64,000 bases of DNA from Tubiluchus corallicola (Eukaryota; Animalia; Priapulida): assembly GCA_030141605.1 (NCBI GenBank), contig JAQGDQ010000119.1:173652-237651 (forward strand), in the 5' to 3' direction. The first letter of the stretch is position 1. The number at the start of each line of letters is the position of its first letter. Of the stretch, positions 1 to 13,300 are shown in pieces. The notes beneath the pieces are model-generated. The model did no database searches and had not been told where the DNA came from. It saw only the letters and a program-made list of their open reading frames with translations. The position numbers and the translations under genes are program-made.

Positions 1-280
1 TCTAGTTTTTGCTGGGTTAGTTGCAGTGTTCGTCTTTCTTAAGGGCAGATTTCCTTATATCAGAATTTCGCCTGCCCAATGCCTACTGAAGACATAATTG
101 TTATTAGATGGTAAGTAAACTAAAAAAGTGTCCTGATTAAAGTTAATTTCATGTGTCCTGTTGCCCACATGTAATTTATTTTCTTAACATGTGTAAATAA
201 GAATTTTTTATGATAAAAATGAATTTGACGTTCTAATGTCATTGTTGTGCACAGTTCATCGAAGCTTTTTATTATTTGAA

Positions 281-790
281 ACAAAACCGGACCCAATCTT
301 GAGCTGTAGGTCAAAACAATCTACTCTTTAAAATATTGAAAGGAAACATACTATTTTTTCAAAGAATGACTTATGTGAAAGAATTATTACGACAAACACA
401 ATTTTTTCGATCATCAATTCTTCGCCATCATTTTCGAAACGTGTTCCTAAAAACAGGTGCTGTACCTTTCAGTTCAGATGCATTAGTTTGTGACAAACTG
501 CACGTATTCGAGAGCTCATGTGTGAGCAGTGCAGTAAATTTGAAATTTGAATTTTTATCTTAAAACTTGCCTGGACCTGAATATCTTACAGTAGCACTGT
601 ACTTCAATTTTCGCAAACGCATGCAACATGCATGGAACATTTTTGTTGTTGAAAATTATGTTAGTTTGTGATGTCATTAATAGTTGGGCTTGCCCACCGT
701 TAATTAAGTTTTTAATTTATAATTTAATTATCAGAAACGTTTGTGTGTGCTACAATTTCTAGCATGTTCAGACATTTACAATTTGTTAAG
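281..790 (+). mobile_element. MITE family E partial copy
   Basis: Colinear similarity to 3500-4050 (caaaaccggacccaatctt...gtgatgtca..tagttgggct). Confidence 0.72.
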
Positions 791-1352
791 TAAAGGTTTG
801 TATTAATTTTTTTTGTTGATCGATAAAATTCAGAATTTAAGGAACTTTTTTAATCATTACCTTGTACATAATATGTATGAATTATAAAATTGGTGATATT
901 TGTATTTCGGCATGAAATTATTTTGTAATATTTGTATTTTGCTTTGTGCTTCATTGTAAAGTTTTTGTATAAAGTAAAAAACTTTTAATTCAGGTAAGTA
1001 TTCCAGGTAAAACGTATAACACATTTCATTTTATTATACTTTGTGCAGCATGATAACCCAGCTGGCAATACAAATTCGCATAAACCGTGGTACTTTTACA
1101 AAATCTCCACACACTACAAACAGTTTGTGCTGCAGAAGTCATATAACAATCATTAACAATTCACACAATCCTCATGGGGATAAAGACAGCCTGTTCCTCA
1201 GTATCGGCATTAATTACATTCTTATTAATAATTAACGGAAACATTTAACGTTTTGCAAAACTTAAAATAGTAACGATATATGGATACATTAATTCCGTAA
1301 CATATATAATGTCTTACAAATATTGCACTTATTATCACAGATGTACTTCTTT

Positions 1353-4300
1353 TTACTTTCCTTTTCCTCTTCCTTTCTTTCCCTTTGCTTTTTTGTCTAA
1401 TTCCTCGTCCAGTTCTCCAGATAAAAGTTTCTGTCTCTTTTTGCCAATAGGAGTTTTTGAGAACCAATTCTGTAACAATAGATTGCTAAACTTATCAACT
1501 TATAATAGTTCCATTTTTCCTCAGAAGGTGGCGCCAACAGGGGCGCATCAAGACTTTACGACGCCCTAGGCTCATAGTTCTGTCTCGCCCATATCTATTG
1601 TAAATTTTTGGTTATTTATGTAATGAACAGATTAAACAGTTATTTGTGGTGTATTAGGAACACTGTTAACCTAGTTTCTACGTGGTCATTATTAATTAAA
1701 TGTATTTGCCCTAGGCTACGGCCTAGTTAGCCTATTGGTTAATACGCCCCTGGGTGCCATCTGCAAATGCTCGCGGTATAACTCACTATTTGCAAAAGCA
1801 ATTATACGTATTGTTGTTTTACTGTAAAGTTAATATGAAGTTCAGAAGTGATGTACATGTATTAACTATGTGCATGTATTATCATTGCTTAACCCATTAT
1901 GTAAGAAGGCAGCAATGGTTTAAGCAATGAGCAACATTTCAAACTTAGGAGGACCATTGTCGTATTGCCAGTGTTGGGTAGTAATGCATTACTGTAACTA
2001 AATTACTTTTATACTAATGAGTAATGTAACGCAGTTACTCTGCTTAGCCTTGTGATCAGACTAATCCTTACTTTTGCAGTAATGCTACTAAATCTGCATT
2101 AGTTATCTATTAAGATAAACATTTGAAACTTAAACTATTTTGACTGTTTAGACGTCTTCCTTTTGTTTATTTCTGCCACACAACGTCTGTATGCTCACAG
2201 CGTTTTATTACTGTGCTCAGGTAGTGACCTTATTTGACATTCAACAGTTTGATAGAAACTTCTACTACTGTAGTGGATTGTTTTATACACTCAATGCCAG
2301 TGGCATCTCGTGTATAGGTACTGTGGAACTGCAACACCCCCTTATTTTTACTCAATATTATCGATAATATTTAATATGATAAGGCCTTTTTTCTTTAGTT
2401 CTTTCTTTATACTTGTGCAGAACCGGGGCATGTGAGTGTAGTACTGTTTGCTTCACAGCCCAGCACAGTGCGCTCCAGCAACACAGTGTTTAGCTGTTGT
2501 GTACATACGGCGACTGCGCACATGTCTGCACCCAGGTAGAGAAAGTACTGTCGCTCACACAGTTTGTCAGCTGTCACGTGCTTACCGTGAATGGATCAAG
2601 CTTGAACTCCGACAATTTAGACTATTAGTAAGCACAAAATATTTTTTTGTTTAGGATTTTATCAAGTTTATGTATAAACTTTCATATGTTTAATATACAA
2701 ATTACAACATTAAAATTACATAATTTGTTTTACACAGTATTAATATTGCTTTTCAAAAGTAACAAACGTAACACTGAGTACGGCTTACTTTAAACGCTTC
2801 TTCTTCCTCTCGATATATCGGATCCATGCGTGCAAGCGGAGCTACGAATTCTGATGTAATTAAAGGTTTCCGTTCTTGCTGCGCTAATCGCCGATCAGTC
2901 AAAACCTGGAAAATGCAATTTATGCGTTACTTATATTGATGTCAGATTTTCTGAATATTGTAGCCACTGTATTTTTCCTATTTTTTATATGCAGCTATTC
3001 CACAAGTGGACAATAAGTGGTACATTGTAAAGTTTTAGTTGTTCCGTCTTCACTGTAACATGAAGAATTAATCCCACTTGAACACCATACAACAAGACAC
3101 GTGTCTTGTTCACTCCACAACCTGCTTAATTAAATCATTTTATGATTAACAGATGGCACTACAATGTTATAATTATTAATAGCCTTCAGGCGTTAGGCTA
3201 ATATGTTACATTGGATGCACAACCAAATTCTTCGTTTCCAAGATTTGATCGCTCACACTTTAGAGACATTCTAACTAATAGTTAGCGTAAATAAATGAAT
3301 ATTTACGCTAAATATTGGGTGCACTTAAAATGCATTTTGTACGGGAAAGGGTAAACTACGCGAGTTACAAAAATAGTTCTTTAAAGAACTTCTACAATGC
3401 TGTAGTTCTACACAGCAATAACCATTTTGAATAAAAGATGAACCAAAATAGGCCAATTCTTTGTTCCGTTTGAGACCTTAGTAATCTCAGTTAATTTAAA
3501 GCAAAACCGGACCCAATCTTAAACTGTAGGTTCAAACAATCTACTCTCTAAAATATTTAAAGGAAACATACAATTTTTTCAAAAATGACTTAAGTGAAAG
3601 AATTATTATCACACAACACAATTTCACGTTTGTGCCACTAGTTCTTCGCTGTTACATGCATTTCCCCATTCGCTAGTTTGACTGGCACTAGCGTCTACAC
3701 CTCAGAAACATGCTGCACAAAAACAGGTGCTATAGCATTCAGTTCAGAGTTGCTCATTCGTGAAGTAATGCACACATTCGATAGCTCATGCATGAACATA
3801 GCAGTAAACTTACTATTTAAAATTTAAACTTATAATTTGCCAAGTCATTGTACACCACACTGATTGTTCTACAGCAGCTCTATACGTCAATTCTTACTTT
3901 CGCAAACACGCTCGTGGAACGTATGTGCTGTTGAAAATTGCTCATTTGTGATGTCATCACTAGTTGGGCTCATCACTAAGTTTTTAACATATTGTGTAAT
4001 TATCAGAAATGCTTTGGCATTATTATACATGTTAAAGTGTATACTTTTTACCGTGCTTGAAAATGGGGCAGGATGTGAAAAATCGTTCTGTTTTCCTTTA
4101 ATAGACTCCTCTGGGTATACTCAGCAGCAATATAAGGTATTCTTGTCCTGTTAGGACATCTCATTATACCAAGTGCCTGAGGGCTTGTTTGGAGCAAACA
4201 GAAACGAGCAGATACCTGAGAGATGGCAAGTTTGATTTGTTGAGCGGTATATCCGTCGGAAACCTTCGCTAGTGACGTCATGTCAAATGAAGGTTTAACA

Positions 4301-7300
4301 CAACCGCCGCTTTTCTGAATAAAGTTTCGCCACATCACTAAACAAGACAAAATCTCAATCAAATACTTCATATCAACAATCATGTGAAAAACAAGATGGC
4401 TGATGTGCCTATAAACACTCAAAATTAAGTTACAACAGATCTTCGAATTAGTAACGTGACGTAAGTAGGGGTGAGCATCGAATGTTCGAATTTGATACGA
4501 ACGAGTTTTATTAAGTTAGAATTCGATTTGAACCTAAAATTATACATTCAGACAATTCAACACTTTAGCCACATACATTCATTATCATTAAAATGTTTGA
4601 AACAGTATGCAATTAGCATGCTACAGTTTCTGTGCAAAATTTGCAGCAACCTAATAGTGGTTTTACTGCAGAACAAAATCAAGTAGTATGCATTATCTTT
4701 GTAAGACCACTTTTTACTAAAGGTTTGAAAACTTGTTCGAAAATCTTTCAAACTCAAGTCGGATTCGAAATACCGAAATTCGGTTCGATTCGAATTCGAA
4801 AGTCGCAAATTCGATTCAAATTCGCTCTCTGGTAGAGAATGTTCGCCCCTAGACGTAAGGCACTTTTTCTGTTACCGCATTTAAGAAGGCAAGCCAAAGT
4901 ATACAACAAAATACAGGACAGACTTATACGCCCGAAGAGCATTAGGATAGATGGTTAACATTGACACACAAACAAGACAGCTGCCTTTCTTCGCACAATA
5001 CATGACCAAGTAGTCGAACAAAGCTGAGTAAAGCTGGGAGCAGGTTAGAAGGTCCTGTTAAGGTGGTATACATCCCGAAAAAATCCAGACACGAGTGGGA
5101 TTTGAACCCAGTACCTCCAGATCAGCAGGCAAGTGCCACAATCACTCAGCCACAGCGCTGTTCCACAAAGGTGATGCTGTTTAACAATCAATTTCAGCTT
5201 ACTGCCATCTAATGTAAGATACTCAACCCAAGTTATAAAGATGGTTCAACTTTGATAGATTTTCATATCAATCACTGACATATATTTGCCAGTAACGTTT
5301 AACTACAGTAGGCACCGCTTAATAGACATACGGTGGGATGGAAATGACTGACTTAGTTACTGACTCAGTTAACCGACTGAATCTATTAGCTGATTCGGGT
5401 GCAGTATTACTGGTTTAGAACTATGAGTCATAGCTCTTTGGCTTGCTATGCACAGAAGGCTGCAAAAGTCAGGTGTTTTCACTCTTCCTCTATTTTACAA
5501 AATTAACTCTATGTTCTAGATGCTCTGTGATATTTATTCTTGTAATCCGTGGCATAATGGCAACAGTTAACTGATTAAACGTTCTGTGAAAAGCAGTCAG
5601 AATTTCACAAGAAAACCACCAGTTAAATGACTACAAGTTTGGCTTCCATAAATTTTTGAGCAACGAGGTTATTTGCAGCAAACCAGAAGGTGAGAGATTC
5701 GACTCTATGCTAACACATTAATACATGATAAACAAACCTGCTTACAAACAAAACAGTATTTAATGTGATTGTTTTTGTGTATGTTACAGTGCACAGGAGC
5801 GAGGCAAAGATGACATACATATAAAGTAGTAAAAACTCTGACCACACACAAGGGTCTCATTTTAACTACCTGCAGCAAAAATTGAGTCAATTATGCTGAG
5901 TTATTTGAGTCAATTACTGGCGGTTTTTATGTACATTTGAATAGAAGCGGCCCATACCACACGTTTTTGAGTCAATTACCAGCGCTTTTTACATACATTT
6001 GGACAGAAGTGGCCCATACAAGACATTTTTAAGACAATTAATAAACAGGTTCTATTAACCTAGAGTCTAGTGAATGGCGCCCCCTGTATACATTTTGTAT
6101 TCAACAGTACCGACTGTTTTATAAAACGATAACAATGCTAATAAACAACTACTTTTCACTGGTGACTTATGGCAGTTTTAGACATCAAAAATTTACCAAA
6201 GCGAGTAGCATAATCGGGTCGCGGGATCATTATAATCTTTTGGTAGACGGATGTCAACGACTTGAGCTCGCTGTCGAAAGGAGCATCGGTCGTTCCGAGG
6301 AGCAAGATCCTGTCTTCTGGCAAGAGTCTCTTCATTAGCTTTGGCAGGTCCTTCTTCAATCGCTTAGGATCTGTCTGCAAGAACAGTTTTACGGCTGAAA
6401 ACTGGTAAATCAATCAGATTTATACTTTTTTACTTTTATTTTTGTGCTATAGATGGCATGCTCGTTTCACTAAGAACTGCATGTTCCTGCACAGCCATTA
6501 GCTAAATCATCAAAAGTACCTCAGTTTATGTAAGTTGAATACAAACATTAATAGACACTGATACCAAGGCTTAAACAGTGCTAGTATTAACATAGCACCC
6601 ATTGTGCCCTGACATGTATTGATAAAAAAGATGAAATATTATAAGGCATTATCCATTAAAGGAATAATTCCTTATGCTAGTGCAATGTCTCTCTATAATT
6701 TCCATAAAGTTTCTGCATTGGTGTTAATATTGTACCTGTTGTGAAAAAATAATTGTGTGCTTGCAAACCAAAACCGTCCATAGGTTGGCATACTTAAATC
6801 TATGTTACGGTGCTTCAAAGTAGAATACACCAAAAATTTGGTCAAATGCCAATTTTTTTAATGAAAACAAATGCTAAATATACTGCACTTTTATATTCTA
6901 GCATCAAATTATCAAGAAAAGGTCCAAAAAATGCTAAAAATTTAATTTTATAACTCCTTACACACTTTCCTGTCTAGAAACTAGTACTACAATTATAAAA
7001 AACAATTTTCAAACTATTTTCAAACTCCGTTTGTAGCTCGTGGAAGCAGCCATTTTGCTTCGGGTTTTTTCTGTTGACAAAACCAGATTTTCGTCAGGAA
7101 GAGCCATCTACTGGATTTAGATGTAACTTCAATCTGCTCTTGTAAAATCCATAGCAACCCTACTTTCGTACGGTTGCTAAGTGTTTCGTAGCAACACGAC
7201 AAAAAACAATGGCTAACTTTAACAGTGATTTCCTCCAGATTATGTTTTTCAGTGTGCAGCCTGCACCTCAACTTCAACGTGAATTATCTCAGCTTAGAAA

Positions 7301-10300
7301 TAACATAGAGTAATGAACTTGATATCAAAATGTTCCTCACGAAATGGAGATTCAGGATATGAGAATAACTAGAAAGGCTTAATGCCGACTTGTGGATGAT
7401 TTTGCAATGCAAGCACACAATTATTAATTGTGTTTCTGACAAAAAATATTGATTTATAGCATCTTACGCTGTCTGTCTTTGGGACTTTTTTCAAAAATGT
7501 CGTCCCCGCATTTCCAATGTAAATGACCGACGGCTGATACAGTTTACCCACCTGCAAAAAACACAGGAAAACTGAATTCAAAACTTGAACTAACAAAGAA
7601 TTGATTATTCGATAGTTCATCCAACCCAAAAAGCAACAGCGTGATGTAATATTAAAACAAAGCGCAGGAGTTATAATTACGCTCACACACCTTTTTTTAA
7701 ATACCATCTACTTTGGGAATGCAAAAAAAGTTGGTGTTCAGAAAGTCTGGCGTGTTAATGAAATGTATTAATACATATATAAACATAGGTGCACTCATGT
7801 CTGTGCAATATGTCATATACAAACATGTCTTTGCAAACATAGGTGCACTCATATCTCGGTTTGCCAGACCTTGCTTTTACAGCAAAATCCGACAAAAGTT
7901 GGACCATTAAATGTTCCGCATATTAAGGACACAGTCCATTGTTTCGCGAGCTGACCACTAGGAGCTAGTTACTGTCACTTAGTTTATATCATTACATCAG
8001 TGCAACCAAGCAGCGTGTAACAACATGTGTGTAGCTTGTAAGTCAGGAGCTACCTGTTCTAGATGTTTGTGAGACAATTAGGCAATTGATTCTACATTAC
8101 AGTGAGTCTAATACACGCCGCCTACTGTATTAGCTTAGTATCGACAAATACGGACAATCGGCAAATTCGGACCATCGTCTCCCCACTTTTGTCCAGCCAA
8201 ACAAGATAAGAGCGTACATGTTGGTTTGTACATTCTTTTGTCAAAAATTTTGATATTAATTGAGGTTGGCACTATAAAGGGGAGGGGCGTTATAACAAGG
8301 TTTGATTCCATACAAACATTGTTAGTAATGCTAGGATTCAAAACATTGAAATCTACTACAGATCTTTTATTTCAAACAGACTGAATGTCCTTTTTCATAT
8401 CGCTTGATAAATATTAAGAATAACTTCACTGTATTTTTTCAGATAATAAATGCCCATATTAGCTTTTAAACTTAGCTTTGGTCATCAACACACCATCACT
8501 ACTCGGCTATTCACCCACCAAAATGAAATTGTTTTGTTGATTGATATGCATACTTTATAGACTAGATGCATCATCATTTCTAATCCCTTTTTCCCAGGAT
8601 ACTTCCCGACAATGTTGGAAGCTGTAAGATCAAACATGACAGCTCCAGTTTCTGTACAAATAATGTTAGCTAACATCCTTTTTCCAACGCCCTTTGGTCC
8701 GACTAATAATAAGGACTTGACGAGTGGTGCCCTCTCATGAACACTCTGAGAACCTAAAAAACACAATGTTATTAAAGTAAAGGAAGCATATAAAGTAATA
8801 CAGGTATTCGTCTTAAGACCACAACCGGTTTGGGGCCGATTGGTCATAAGACAAATTAGTCATACAGTAAATCCCCTTTTAACGACGCTGAGCATTTGAC
8901 ACATTTTTCCCACTTAACGATGAACCGTTTCGTTTTAATGACGATTTTTTACTTTATTTACAGCTGTTTTTATTTTATCAACAACATTTTCTAGCTAATT
9001 TGAAGCATTGAAATGGCATGTATTGCATTATTCTGTTCTAAAAAAGCATTAGTAATCTGATTAGTGCAATTATAATGTTTTTGCTTCCTGACTGACTATG
9101 TACTAAATTCTAGCTGTTTGTATCAAGTGAAATCCGAGTTTAAACTTTATGCCAAGGAATTTTGTCTGTAACCTGTTTGCTATAACAACCATATGCTACA
9201 TGAAATTGTCTCAAGGTTGCTCCATACAGATCTTGGCTTTCACTACCTAGTGTTTCACACGCAGTGTTTAAACGGGAGGAGAAATCGCTAGCAAGTCTAG
9301 GTAGATATTGATAAGAAAGATAGGTGGTTTTAAGCAAACAGAAAAAAATTAATCAGTAGACATATGAATAAAACTCATAAAACGGATGGTGTATATGATT
9401 TAAGCAGCATTGATTTTCGCTTCTGGAACACATCGCAATTCGGTTACATTACTTCCTATAGAAGTTTTGGCTTTGTTTAAAGACGTTTCACTTAACGTTG
9501 CGTTTTACTGGGACATATTGACGTCGTTAAGCAAGGACTTACTGTACTTTCAATCGGTGTACAGACACATAGTAAGACATTGTGTATGTAGGTGCACTAA
9601 GTATGGCGGCATCTTCAGATGACTTTGTTTCAACAGGTAGAAATTTAAAATTAACTTGCTTAAAAATAGAAGGAAATATGAGTTGTAGTTGACTTTGCAT
9701 AATTAATTAATTAAATTGCAGTCAGATCGTGAAGTTGAACAGACGTAAGTTGCGTAGGTCATAAGTCGACAACTATCTATACTGCAGTAAACATAACACT
9801 TAAGTATAAGTGACAATAATTGATATCTTTACTAAAATTTAATATTAAATATCCTATATAAGGAGTCCTACAGCTCAGACCTTGGTAACAACAGCCAAGT
9901 GCCGGAGGAATTTTGCTGAATAGTTGGTTCACTATGGCTACTGACTGCCTGGTTGCTGGGTTGACTGACTTGCTGAATGACTCACTGAATGATTGGGCCA
10001 ACTGACTGATTAACTAGCCGACTAGCTGGTCTTACTGCTTGACTGGTGGATTAAAATGTTGATGGATTGTTGATGTTAGCTGATCAACTGATTAACTGGT
10101 TAACTGATTACGCAGTTCAATTTTCTACTGACTGGTAGATTGGCTGGCCAGTTGATTGGTTGGCTGGTTGGTTAAGTTACTGATGTGCTGACTGCCTGAC
10201 TGCCTGTATAACTGAATGACAGACTCATTAGACCAATTAACAGATTTAATCTTTAATCTGATGATTCATCGACTGCTTGGCAAACTGAATAAGTGAGAGA

Positions 10301-13300
10301 GTGACTGTTTGACTAATAAGTGAACTGACTGACTGACAGATTGACTACCTTTGACTAACAGAAACACAACACTGAAAAAGAATGACTCACTAAAATGCTA
10401 AATACAAAGCTAAAATTTTTAGATCAGCACAGAATCAAACATGCAACAACTAGTTAAGCATTCCCTAGGTCCAATAATTAAAGCTTAGCTTACTAGACCA
10501 AATAACCTTAACACTGTCAGAGAATATAATCTCACCGAGGGGCAAAATGCCATATTCTGCGATAACACGTCTTATGTCTCCAAGAGATGGCGTCGGTTCA
10601 ATATCTGCTTGCCTCAGCGTCGTGCCCAAGTAACTATATTCGCCTTGGTAAGTCCTCATGCGCACTCGAGGGAATTGCACAATGATGCCTGCACCAACCA
10701 GCTCTTGGTACAGAGACTCTGGCGTCCTAGGAAAAAACTGAGATTAGAAAGCGAGAAGAGCAGTTGAATCCTGTGAAGACAATATACAATATAATTTGTT
10801 AAACACTAACTAAAGTCAGCAATCTTATTGCTTCTAGAAAGAGAGTGAGAGAGAGAAAGAGGGAGGGAGAGAGAGAGAGAGAGAGAGAGGTACAGAGAAA
10901 GAGAGTGGAAATGAGGGAGAGAGAGAAAGAAAAGAAAAAGGTACATAAACACAAGCAAACCAAATAAAAGAAGAGTTTCAGCTAAGACCTGCTAATCATG
11001 TTTCAATTATCAGAGTAAATTTTGACTGTTACTGTTAGTTAGTTACCGGTCTGGCGTGAGATCTTTATCTTTCCCTTTCTTCTTGCCCTTTCCTTTTCCA
11101 CCTTTCTTTCCTTTGCCTCCCTTTTTCTTTCCTTTCCTTCCTTTGCCTCTTCTCCCTTTCTTGTCTTTTTCAACGGCCTAGAAAATTTTGAATTTTAACC
11201 AAAAAACGAAATTGCGTTGTTGCTAATTTTGATACAAAAGGCAAAATCATAAAATACACACTGCAGAAGCACACCAGTCACATTAAAGTGTTCTAAATAA
11301 AGCTTCAAATTCTTTCACTAGGTGGCAGCACAGTGGCAACCTAACAAGAAGTGCACACTTTCCTCTCTTCACCATGTAACAGCTAGCATTATTACCTCCC
11401 ATTTTTGTAATAAGTTCTGTAATCCATCAATCCTATTGCGTAAAAACTTGTCAATTGCACATCAGAACTGGACAATAGTACAGTAAGTCCTCGCTTAACG
11501 AATCCCCGCGACGTTTTGTTTTAACGACGCTGAACATTTGACACCTTTTTTCACTTAATGATGCACGTTTCATTTTAACGACGATTTTTTTACTTTGCTA
11601 AAAGCCAATTTTCATTTTATCAGCAACATTTTTACTTAATTTGAAGCACTAAAATGGCACTTATTGCATTATTTTGTTTTAAAAATGCATTAGTAACGTA
11701 AACAGTGCAATTATTACACGTTTTTGCTTCCCGACTGACTATTATACTAGCCGCCGTTTCTATCAAGCAAGATGTGTGAACAAACTTTGTGAGAAGAAAT
11801 TCTACCTACAACCTGTTCCCAAAGCAACGAGACTAAATAGTAAATAATACAGTGTTCTGGTATAATCAAATTTCCAAGGTCACGTCATTCAGCACTTGGC
11901 TTTGACTCTGCAGTGTTTATTGTTTAATGGCTACCTAGTCTTAAACCTTAATGAAAGGGAAACCTTAGTAAGAAAGATAGGCGGTTTCAAGCAACCAGAA
12001 AAATTAATTAGTAGGAACCACGAAGAAACTCATAAAACATTAAATTTACATGATTTAAGCAGCATTAATTTTTGCCTCTGGCACGTATCTGAATTTCACG
12101 TTAATCTCCAGGGAAGTTTTGGTTTCGTTTAATGACGTTTCGCTTAACGTCGTGTTTTGCTGGAACGCATGAGTGTCGTTAAGCGAGGACTTACTGTAGT
12201 TACATAATGACAAGTTATTATGCTAATGATGTCGTTACAGTAGCAAAGAGATACTTAGCTGGTACAGGAAATTCTAGCTGTTACAGCTTCACGTAAGCAA
12301 ACGAATATCGAAAAGTTTATACAACATTATAGCTACTGGTGACCAGTTTTTTTAATACATGTCATTCGGTTCCATTCCACTCAGGGCAAGTTTTAAGCAA
12401 ATTACCTCCCAGCCAAGAGGGGGCACTGTCCCTGCGCTCGAGCGGAGGATGCTATGATGAATAATGTGTCCAGTGCAGTTTCTTGATACTGTGAAGGCAG
12501 TGAAACTATTCAGTCTGTCCTCGTCTATCAACATTTCAAGTCTTTTACTGATCGTTTGTGTGTTTCTTTTGTCATTTCAATTTATCATTGTCATATATAT
12601 AACACTATATGCATCAGTTAGAGTGCCATTCGATTCTAATTTTACTAATTTGCAAACGATTTTCAAACCCTCAACACAAATTAAAACATACATACGGTCA
12701 ACAATTTCAAAAGAAACTAAATAATTTGACAATGTTATCTATAAAAAAATGACATTACAAAAACCATTAATTTTGAAATGATTTTGAAAGAATTTCTTGA
12801 ATAAACAGCCAGAAAAGTCGGCTGTAGAAGGCCTAAGCGCAAACAGTATGTCAGTAATCATCTTGATTTGTAATAATACATTAAAACTTTCATATAGGCT
12901 TTCAGATTTTAGTACATTGTGGCTAATGGTGGTGCCTTGAGCTTTTCTAGGGTAGAGGGCCCCACTAACAATTTTCTAATTAGGCCCCGCACTTCGTAGC
13001 ACCAACACTGATTCCAGCAAGTGTTTGCATAAAATAATTTTATTAAAAACAAACAAAGGAAATTAACCCTTTGACTATGGAAGGCGACACACTGCCACCT
13101 ATGTTTTTCTTGTAAGGGACAGAAGGCGGTACACTGCAGTAAGGTCAGCAGTAAGCGCAGTTACCCAGGTCTGTTTATTTCACTGCTACGGCCATGCAAA
13201 ACATAGTAGAAACGTTTAACAGCCATGTGATTGGGGTTGCTTTGCAATAAGTAACGCTAACCAGCCAATCAGCATTTGAAGCCAGGTGCATTCCACAATA

